Shown here piece by piece: positions 9,505 through 16,427 of a stretch of 64,000 nucleotides of DNA; position 1 is the stretch's first letter; each line of letters begins with the position of its first letter. The notes under the pieces were generated by a model. It was given only the letters and a program-made list of their open reading frames with translations, was not told the DNA's origin and searched no databases. Position numbers and translations under genes: made by a program. This DNA comes from Prolixibacteraceae bacterium (lineage in GTDB: Bacteria; Bacteroidota; Bacteroidia; Bacteroidales; Prolixibacteraceae): NCBI GenBank assembly GCA_023229575.1, contig JALNYZ010000009.1, positions 69,581 to 133,580 on the forward strand, read 5' to 3'.

Positions 9505-10071
9505 ATGGAGGAAGAGCTAAAAATATGGGAAAAAATCCGGAATGGTGATACCATGGCTCTAAAGGTATTACACGACAGGTACTATTACCAGTTGTACCTG
9601 TTTGGTAAAAAATTATGCGACAATCGCTCTGTTCTTGACGAGGTTGTTTCAGACTGTTTCATTAAACTTTGGACTAAACGCAACGATCTGGTAATCGAAC
9701 GATCTGTCAAATCGTATCTGTTTTTGATGTTGCATAACGGATTGATTGATGTACTACGCAGAAAGGACCATACCCTTTATTTGGAAGAAGGCGCCATGCC
9801 CGATCTGCCTGATGAAGGGATGCACAGCGAGCTGGATCTTTACGCAAGGCTCTACAAGGCGCTGGAAAAGCTCCCCGATCAACGTTGCCGGATCCTTGAA
9901 CTGGCAGTATTCGAATCGTGTAGCTATGCCGGGATAGCGGAGAAGCTCAATATTTCGGTAAATACGGTAAAGACCCAAATGGGGCGCGCTTACAGGTTTC
10001 TTAAAAATGAACTGGATCCCAAATCGTTGCAGTTGTTGTTTATACTCAAAGCCCTCAATAAGAAATGCTAA
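9505..10071 (+). CDS. ECF-type RNA polymerase sigma-70 factor
   Basis: 188 aa. Region-2-like segment DEVVSDCFIKLW. Region 4 HTH LPDQRCRILELAVFESCSYAGIAEKLNISVNTVKTQMGRAYRFLK. Confidence 0.85.
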   Translation: MEEELKIWEKIRNGDTMALKVLHDRYYYQLYLFGKKLCDNRSVLDEVVSDCFIKLWTKRNDLVIERSVKSYLFLMLHNGLIDVLRRKDHTLYLEEGAMPDLPDEGMHSELDLYARLYKALEKLPDQRCRILELAVFESCSYAGIAEKLNISVNTVKTQMGRAYRFLKNELDPKSLQLLFILKALNKKC

Positions 10072-10072
10072 C

Positions 10073-11107
10073 CTAAAATGAATTTCGCCGGATAATTCGG
10101 AATGGGTTTTTAATTTTGTCCTTTTTTTTGCTGAATATCAGATCTGCAATTGTTTTTCCCATAAATTGAAAGTCAGTGCTGATCACTGTAATCCCATCTT
10201 CCAGAACTTCTTTCAGGACTACTTCATTATAAGCTATAAGTCCGATATCAACACCTATTTTGAACTCCTTTCCCCGACATATTTTGATAAAATCGGCCAG
10301 ATCATCATCGTCGATTACTATATACAAGTCTTTATATTCAAGTTCTACGTGAGAGGTACCTAAAACCATATCATGGTGCAACAGGTGTTGTGTGCAGAAT
10401 TTCTCAAAGCCGGTGATGATCTCAAAATTAGATGTGGGATCTAATGGAAAAACAAGGATCAACCGGTGGTAATTTTTGATTTCATCCAGCACCTTTGTCA
10501 GCGACTCCTGTATGTCATTTTCGAAATCTTCGTAAATAACCGGATACGGATGTTCAATAAAATCAACATCCTTATTAACCAGAACTAGTTTTTCTTGAGG
10601 AATGAGTTTAAATGTGTCGTTAACCAACTTATTGTATTCAAAAAAGAAGGGCATGATCACGTAAAAATCATAGGCATTCAGGTTGGCCTTGATGATGTTA
10701 TTGAAACGTTGTGCATCGTAATTGTGAACCTGGAGGTCAATAATTGCTTTGGTATTCATCGCATTGATAAACGCATTATAGATGATCTTTTTATAAGCCG
10801 TCATCTTATTGAAAACAAGCAATATCCGAAGTGGCGCCTCTCCATATTTCCCTTTAATAAAGAAACCCTTTCCAGGAACCGATTCGATGATGCCACGGTC
10901 CCGTAATTCTATGTAAGCACGCTGCACCGTATCTTTTGACAAGAGGTACTCAAAACTCAGGTCATTCAGGGAAGGCAGACGATCACCAATTTTTAAAAGT
11001 CCACTGTTAATTCCGTTGATCACAGAGTTGACTATCTGTCTGGATTTGGATTCTTTTCCCAGATCATTGATTTTGAAAACAGACTTTAATATGTCCAAAT
11101 TATTCAT
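10073..11107 (-). CDS. GntR-family HTH regulator with a sugar-binding (LacI/PBP-like) C-terminal domain
   Basis: N-terminal winged HTH: LPSLNDLSFEYLLSKDTVQRAYIELRDRGIIESVPGKGFFI. A C-terminal domain of about 250 aa follows. It is the only minus-strand gene and is divergent from the dehydrogenase operon. Confidence 0.8.
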   Translation of the reverse strand: MNNLDILKSVFKINDLGKESKSRQIVNSVINGINSGLLKIGDRLPSLNDLSFEYLLSKDTVQRAYIELRDRGIIESVPGKGFFIKGKYGEAPLRILLVFNKMTAYKKIIYNAFINAMNTKAIIDLQVHNYDAQRFNNIIKANLNAYDFYVIMPFFFEYNKLVNDTFKLIPQEKLVLVNKDVDFIEHPYPVIYEDFENDIQESLTKVLDEIKNYHRLILVFPLDPTSNFEIITGFEKFCTQHLLHHDMVLGTSHVELEYKDLYIVIDDDDLADFIKICRGKEFKIGVDIGLIAYNEVVLKEVLEDGITVISTDFQFMGKTIADLIFSKKKDKIKNPFRIIRRNSF

Positions 11108-11178
11108 GATCAGTACAGTTCAGTACGGTTAAATAAACTTCGATTCTTACCATTGTGGTAACAAATCACACTTCCTGG

Positions 11179-11201
11179 GTACTTTTTCCAACCAAAAGTA
11201 C
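11179..11201. promoter_or_regulatory. Candidate operator: 8-7-8 palindrome in the divergent promoter region
   Basis: GTACTTTT-TCCAACC-AAAAGTAC is a perfect inverted repeat. Tandem CAGTACAGTT/CAGTACGGTT (11111-11130) share the same GTAC core. Confidence 0.4.
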
Positions 11202-11240
11202 ACGAATAAAAATGACATTGTTAGCATATTGATTCATTTT

Positions 11241-12275
11241 ATGAGAGCATTAGTACTAGAAAGCAATAAATCATTGAACTATCAGAAGGTCAAAATGCCA
11301 ACCTCAGTACAAGACAAAGCCGTATTAGTCAGGGTGAAGGCCAGTGGCATTTGTGGTTCAGACATCGTGCGCGGATTCGGGGGCAAGGCATACCATTATC
11401 CCTTAATTATGGGGCATGAATTTGCCGGAACAGTAGAGGAATCAGTGGCAGGGAGCAAATATAAGCAAGGCGACCGGGTTACTGTCTTCCCGCTTTTGCC
11501 CTGTAAGCGCTGCGAGGCATGCCTGACAGGTGATTTTGCGCAGTGTACCAACTACGATTATTACGGTTCACGCAGGGATGGCGGCTTTGCAGAGTTTGTT
11601 TCTGTTCCGGAAGAGAACCTCTTTGCACTGCCTGATCATGTCGACCTGCTTCACGCAGCCATGACAGAACCTGCCGCCGTAGCCCTTCATGGAGTCAGAC
11701 AAGTAAAAGTGACCATTGGATCAACTGCTGTGGTTTATGGCTGTGGTCCTATCGGGAACATGACTGCTCAGTGGTTACGAATTGCTGGATGCGCTACCGT
11801 AATTGTGGTGGACATTGATCAGCCCAAACTTGACATTGCGCGGCAGATGGGTTTTGTGACCATTAATAGCTCAGATTTGGATCCCGTTAAGACAATTTAT
11901 GAACTAACTACAGGACATGGTGCAGATATTGCTGTTGAGGCAGTAGGGCATCCTGCAACATTTCTAAATGCAGTACGGTCTGTTGGGCGCATGGGGCAGG
12001 TGGTTTTCATGGGGAACATTCAAGGTAAGTTCGAAATAGGGGAAGTAGATTTTTCGAACCTGCTAAGGAAAGAAATTCAAATCTTCGGAACCTGGAATAG
12101 TAAGATTACCCCCGAAGGAATTGATGATTGGTCGACGGTATTAAAGATGATGGACAAACAGCTTATCGTTGCACCACTTATCAGTCATACCCCCGATTTG
12201 TCAGACGGTGTGGAAATCTTTAATGCAATTGCTAACAAACAAGGGTCCTTCAATAAAGTAATATTCAAAATTTAA
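11241..12275 (+). CDS. Zn-dependent medium-chain dehydrogenase (polyol / galactitol-1-phosphate 5-dehydrogenase-like)
   Basis: GICGSDI and GHEFAGTV zinc motifs, a structural-Zn Cys cluster CKRCEACLTGDFAQC, and GCGPIG Rossmann motif. I prefer the ATG at 11241 (MRALVLE...) over the TTG at 11229. Confidence 0.85.
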   Translation: MRALVLESNKSLNYQKVKMPTSVQDKAVLVRVKASGICGSDIVRGFGGKAYHYPLIMGHEFAGTVEESVAGSKYKQGDRVTVFPLLPCKRCEACLTGDFAQCTNYDYYGSRRDGGFAEFVSVPEENLFALPDHVDLLHAAMTEPAAVALHGVRQVKVTIGSTAVVYGCGPIGNMTAQWLRIAGCATVIVVDIDQPKLDIARQMGFVTINSSDLDPVKTIYELTTGHGADIAVEAVGHPATFLNAVRSVGRMGQVVFMGNIQGKFEIGEVDFSNLLRKEIQIFGTWNSKITPEGIDDWSTVLKMMDKQLIVAPLISHTPDLSDGVEIFNAIANKQGSFNKVIFKI

Positions 12276-12282
12276 TAATTCC

Positions 12283-13191
12283 ATGATTGAACTGGGTATA
12301 AAATCTGACCCTATTGAAACTCGGTATAGCTTTAATTGGCTTTTCAATCTAATGAACGATTTGAATGTGAGGGCTGTGCAGATTGGATCATTTTTCGAAA
12401 TGTATGTTCTTGATCTTCGGTATTTTGAAAAAATTAAGGAGGAGGCATACACCAAGAATATTCACATCAGAAGTATGTTTACTGCTCACCGAGAGTTAGG
12501 TGGGTTCTTTTATGACAACATCTATATGGAAAAGGCGGCACGTTCAATGTATGAGCGGCTGATTGATGTTGCATCTTTTCTAGGAGCCGATTATTGCGGA
12601 TCAAACCCAGGGGCTGTTTACCGTGACCAAATGAGCAAGAAAGCCGATGGGATTGCCTGTTACCTGAAACATATGAAAGAGCTTTCGTTTTATGCAAGTG
12701 AAAAAGGGCTGAAAGGACTTACCATTGAGCCAATGTCATGCGCAGCAGAGCCACCGACCTCGGTTACAGAAATTAGGACGATGATGACTGAGTTGAATAA
12801 TTTTCACTTGCAAAACCCCGAATCAACGGTGCCGTTCTACCTGTGCGGTGACATCAGCCATGGTTGGGCCGGTACCGACAGGGAAATCATCTCAACAAAT
12901 TATGAACTGTTCGAAGTCGCCATCCCCTGGATGTGTGAGTTTCATTATAAAAATACCGATCGATATTTTGAGTCGACTTTTGGATTTTCGGAAAAGGAAC
13001 AACTACTTGGAATTGTAGATATTAATCAGATTTCACAGTTAATTAATAAAAATCGGCATCAATTTCCTGTTTGGCCCATAACCGGCTATCTCGAAATTGG
13101 TGGCCCCAAAATCGGGCGCGACTATTCTGACAAATGGCTGGCAAAGTGCCTCATCGAATCAATTACTTCGATCAGAAAAAGCCTTCAATGA
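12283..13191 (+). CDS. Sugar phosphate isomerase/epimerase (xylose-isomerase-like TIM barrel)
   Basis: 302 aa, cytoplasmic. The size and general pattern fit the AP-endonuclease-2/xylose-isomerase TIM family. Assigned by overall resemblance and operon context only. Confidence 0.6.
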   Translation: MIELGIKSDPIETRYSFNWLFNLMNDLNVRAVQIGSFFEMYVLDLRYFEKIKEEAYTKNIHIRSMFTAHRELGGFFYDNIYMEKAARSMYERLIDVASFLGADYCGSNPGAVYRDQMSKKADGIACYLKHMKELSFYASEKGLKGLTIEPMSCAAEPPTSVTEIRTMMTELNNFHLQNPESTVPFYLCGDISHGWAGTDREIISTNYELFEVAIPWMCEFHYKNTDRYFESTFGFSEKEQLLGIVDINQISQLINKNRHQFPVWPITGYLEIGGPKIGRDYSDKWLAKCLIESITSIRKSLQ

Positions 13192-13237
13192 TAGGGCATA
13201 ATTGGATTTCAATCGTCAACGAAAACTTGAATTTTAT

Positions 13238-14293
13238 ATGAAAGCGGCAATATTAGTAGACTTGAATCAAATAGCTGTTAAAGAGGTGAGTGATCCGGTT
13301 TGCGGAGAGTGTGAAATGGTTATCAGGCCTGAGTCAGTGGCAATTTGCGGTTCAGATGTCCGTATCTATCGATTCGGCAATGACCGGGTTTTTCCACCGA
13401 CTGTCATCGGCCACGAAATTGCCGGGACCATTATAGAGGTTGGCAATAAAGTAACCAACTTCAAAGTGGGACAACGGGTGGTTCTGGGAGCTGATGTCCC
13501 TGACATGGATACAGGTAGAAACTATACGCTGAAAGGTCAGGGGAACTTATGTCCTGAAAACCTGGCCATCGGATACCAGCTTGATGGAGCTTTCCAGCAA
13601 AAAATGAAATTGAATGAAAATACAGTCAAATATGGACCGATAGTCGAAATTCCGGATCATGTAAGTTTCGATGAAGCCGCTCTGGCAGAACCATTGGCTT
13701 GCGCCATACATGGTTTTGAAATGGCCCGAATGAGCATCGGAAAAAGTATTTGCATTATCGGGCTGGGCCCTTTGGGCTGTATGATGGTTGAACTAACAAA
13801 AAGCTATGGAGCCGGAAAAATTTTTGCTGCCCAGCGGTCCGAAAAGCGGCTTGACATGGCCCGCAAATTCTTATCCGCTGTTGATGCCACATTCATTTCA
13901 ACTGAAGAGGAAGACCTGGTTGAACGGGTAATGAAAGAAACCAACGGTGAAGGGGTTGATGTGGTAATTACGGCCGCCGGAACAGTGAAAGCACAAGAAG
14001 ATGCGATCAGAATCGTAAAGAAGAGAGGGGTTGTGAACCTGTTTGCAGGCCTTAAAAATCAGCCAAAACTTGAGATTGACACAAACCTGATCCATTACAA
14101 AGAGTGTACTGTTCTTGGTAGCCATGGTTCTAACCAGCCGGATGTTGAGAAAGCAATGACTTTGATAGCAAAAGGCGATATTAAAACAAAGAAATACATC
14201 TCCAGGTATTTTCCGCTCGACGATATCGTTGAAGCTATAGAATACCATGAGTCACGGAATGGTATGAAGGTTATCATTAAACCGCAACAATAA
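13238..14293 (+). CDS. Zn-dependent medium-chain dehydrogenase (sorbitol/threonine dehydrogenase-like)
   Basis: AICGSDV and GHEIAGTI motifs, and GLGPLG Rossmann motif. I prefer the ATG at 13238 (MKAAILV...) over the TTG at 13202. Confidence 0.85.
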   Translation: MKAAILVDLNQIAVKEVSDPVCGECEMVIRPESVAICGSDVRIYRFGNDRVFPPTVIGHEIAGTIIEVGNKVTNFKVGQRVVLGADVPDMDTGRNYTLKGQGNLCPENLAIGYQLDGAFQQKMKLNENTVKYGPIVEIPDHVSFDEAALAEPLACAIHGFEMARMSIGKSICIIGLGPLGCMMVELTKSYGAGKIFAAQRSEKRLDMARKFLSAVDATFISTEEEDLVERVMKETNGEGVDVVITAAGTVKAQEDAIRIVKKRGVVNLFAGLKNQPKLEIDTNLIHYKECTVLGSHGSNQPDVEKAMTLIAKGDIKTKKYISRYFPLDDIVEAIEYHESRNGMKVIIKPQQ

Positions 14294-14304
14294 TATCTTT
14301 CAAA

Positions 14305-14991
14305 ATGGGAAAAATAAAACTTTCACCATCGATGATGTGTGCCGATTTTTTGAACATCCAAGACGAATTGGATATTTTTCAGAAATACAACATTGATTTT
14401 CTGCATATTGATGTAATGGATGGTCATTATGTGCCTAACTACACACTAGGCATTGATTTCTGTAAAAGCCTGAAACGATATTCATCCATTCCACTGGATA
14501 TTCACCTGATGATCGAAAATGTAGACCAATACATCGAATCATTTTGTCAGTTTGAAGGTTCATGGGTGAGTTTTCATCCTGAAACCACATGGCATCCGGT
14601 GCGCACCATTGAACAGATTAAAAGGCACAAATGCAAAGCCGGAATTGCGATTGATACTGCCGTAAGCATTGACCAATATAAAGAACTCTACGAACTGGTT
14701 GATTTTGTACTGGTCATGACTGTTACTCCTGGTTATGCCGGACAAAAGATTCTTCCGTTCTGTCTTGAAAAAATAGCTAAGTTAAATGCAGATTTCAAAC
14801 AAGCCAATATAATGGCAGCTATAGAGGTGGATGGTAACGTAAGTTGGGAAAATATCCCATCAATGGTAGAGGCCGGAGCAACTGTATTGGTAAGTGGATC
14901 ATCATCCATTTTCGATTCAAAATTCGGCAGGTCAGAGGCAATTGAACGTGTCAGGGAGTTGCTTGAATTTTACGAAGAGGCTGAGCTTTGA
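14305..14991 (+). CDS. Ribulose-phosphate 3-epimerase family, D-allulose-6-phosphate 3-epimerase (AlsE)-like
   Basis: KLSPSMMCADFLNIQDE....FLHIDVMDGHYVPN...LDIHLM...VMTVTPGYAGQ...EVDG follows the RPE/AlsE pattern along the whole length. Confidence 0.85.
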   Translation: MGKIKLSPSMMCADFLNIQDELDIFQKYNIDFLHIDVMDGHYVPNYTLGIDFCKSLKRYSSIPLDIHLMIENVDQYIESFCQFEGSWVSFHPETTWHPVRTIEQIKRHKCKAGIAIDTAVSIDQYKELYELVDFVLVMTVTPGYAGQKILPFCLEKIAKLNADFKQANIMAAIEVDGNVSWENIPSMVEAGATVLVSGSSSIFDSKFGRSEAIERVRELLEFYEEAEL

Positions 14992-15060
14992 CAGAGAATA
15001 ATTTGCATGGTAATACTGATTTGATAACCGCATAATTAATTAACCAATAAAACAATCAAC

Positions 15061-15149
15061 ATGAAAAAAAGTGAGCCATTGAAAGATCCTATGATCTCGC
15101 TAAAGAACAATATGCCGAATTAGGTATAGATACCGATCAGGTAGGATAA
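15061..15149 (+). pseudogene. Truncated, frameshifted N-terminal relic of an L-rhamnose-isomerase-like gene
   Basis: ATGAAAAAAAGTGAG is followed, one frame over, by A-IERSYDLAKEQYAELGIDTDQVG-stop. This matches the RhaA N-terminus pattern (E. coli [23 protein letters not shown]). No further homology follows nt ~15146. Confidence 0.5.
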
Positions 15150-15309
15150 GGTAATTATTACAATTGAAGTTCACTAGTCCAGACGATATTTTTAAGATAT
15201 GTAATACTCAATAAAAACGTAAACTAAAAGAAATTGATTTGTAATTTCTCTATTCCCTGTCACCCTTTTCCTCATTTCATGCGTCATATCTTAAGAAATA
15301 CAGCACTTA

Positions 15310-16308
15310 ATGGACAATACACAGGATTCCTACTGGGAAAAAATGGCAGGAAAACTTCACGGGGAACTAAGCAAGGAGGATGAAGTTGGTTTCGATGAAC
15401 TAATCTCTGATCAAGGTCGTTTATTGGAATTTAATAGGGTACGAAGTATTCGGGACAACCTATCCCTGGCCGGTTCTTGTCCGATTGATGGCAAGGAGAA
15501 ATCATGGAGCAGGGTGCAAGCCTCTATTCGGTGGACCAAAATTCGATGGATCAATACAACACTGAAATATGTGGCAATTGTTGTAGTAGCCTTTGTAGCC
15601 GGTATATTGCTTCAATCCAATTTAACTGGCAGCACAACGCTGCACTTCTCCGAAATACATATCCCATACGGTCAAATGGGCCAGCTCACACTGAGCGATG
15701 GAACAGAGGTATGGCTGAATTCCGGAACTACCCTTAGGTATCCCGACCGGTTCGGAACCAGGAGCAGGAATGTAGAGGTAATTGGGGAGGCCTTTTTTAA
15801 AGTAGCCAAGATTCCTGATAAGCCTTTTACTGTCAATTCGACAGATTTAAATATAGAGGTTCTGGGCACATCTTTCAATTTCTCAGCCTATCAGAGGGAC
15901 AATTTCTCTTCAGTTACACTGGTTGAGGGTAAAGTTGCCATTCAGGACAATGAGGGGGTAACCATTGCCCAACTCCATCCGGGTCAGATCGCCAAAAAAG
16001 TCAATAGTTCAAAAAAAATGGACATTAATGAGGTAAATACAACCTCTTATGCTGCATGGACTGATGGTAAAATGCTTTTTGAAGATGAAAGGTTGGATCA
16101 GATTGCTTTTAAATTGGAGCGATGGTTCAATGTGGAGATCTCTTTTGCCGATCCTGAGTTAAAGTCCAAACGGTTTACGGGCACCATACTGAAATACAAA
16201 CCGGTGGATCAGATCATGCAGGCGCTGGAACTTCTTGCCCCAATCAAATTTATACACAAAATAAATACCAATGGAAAAGATCAAATAACCATATTTAAAC
16301 GAACTTAA
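15310..16308 (+). CDS. FecR-family anti-sigma factor (transmembrane sensor)
   Basis: Short cytoplasmic N-domain, a single TM (YVAIVVVAFVAGILL), and a periplasmic FecR / DUF4974-like C-terminus (EGEAFF.V, V.V.GT.FN..AY). It lies directly upstream of an STN-bearing SusC. Confidence 0.85.
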   Translation: MDNTQDSYWEKMAGKLHGELSKEDEVGFDELISDQGRLLEFNRVRSIRDNLSLAGSCPIDGKEKSWSRVQASIRWTKIRWINTTLKYVAIVVVAFVAGILLQSNLTGSTTLHFSEIHIPYGQMGQLTLSDGTEVWLNSGTTLRYPDRFGTRSRNVEVIGEAFFKVAKIPDKPFTVNSTDLNIEVLGTSFNFSAYQRDNFSSVTLVEGKVAIQDNEGVTIAQLHPGQIAKKVNSSKKMDINEVNTTSYAAWTDGKMLFEDERLDQIAFKLERWFNVEISFADPELKSKRFTGTILKYKPVDQIMQALELLAPIKFIHKINTNGKDQITIFKRT

Positions 16309-16339
16309 AAACAGGATTGCCTATGAAAAAGTGAAGACC

Positions 16340-16414
16340 AAAAAGGCGGTGAAGATGTTCGTACCATCTTCACCGCAGCATGTGATTCAAACAAACCCTT
16401 TTAAATTAATTTAA
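16340..16414 (-). ncRNA. Candidate cis-antisense sRNA (DonS-like) opposite the susC 5' leader
   Basis: Perfect 12-bp hairpin at 16346-16376. On the minus strand it is followed by CTTTTTGG; on the plus strand it has no U-tract. The minus-strand box TAAATTTG (16428->16421) fits TAnnTTTG. The architecture recurs at 33597-33683. The ends are predictions only. Confidence 0.35.
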
Positions 16415-16427
16415 ATCATACAAATTT

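Noticed and set aside
11229-11240. Upstream non-ATG starts or N-terminal extensions in the ORF track (11229 TTG, 13202 TTG, 44008, 54008, 59721 GTG)
   Set aside because: Internal ATGs give canonical N-termini: MRALVLE and MKAAILV for the dehydrogenases, and MKK + signal peptide or lipobox for the exported proteins. The 59721 start would overlap the preceding gene.
15258-15269. 12-mer TGTCACCCTTTT shared with a second copy near 57910, considered as a common ECF promoter element
   Set aside because: Roughly a hundred repeated 12-mers are expected by chance in 64 kb. No extended similarity surrounds it.
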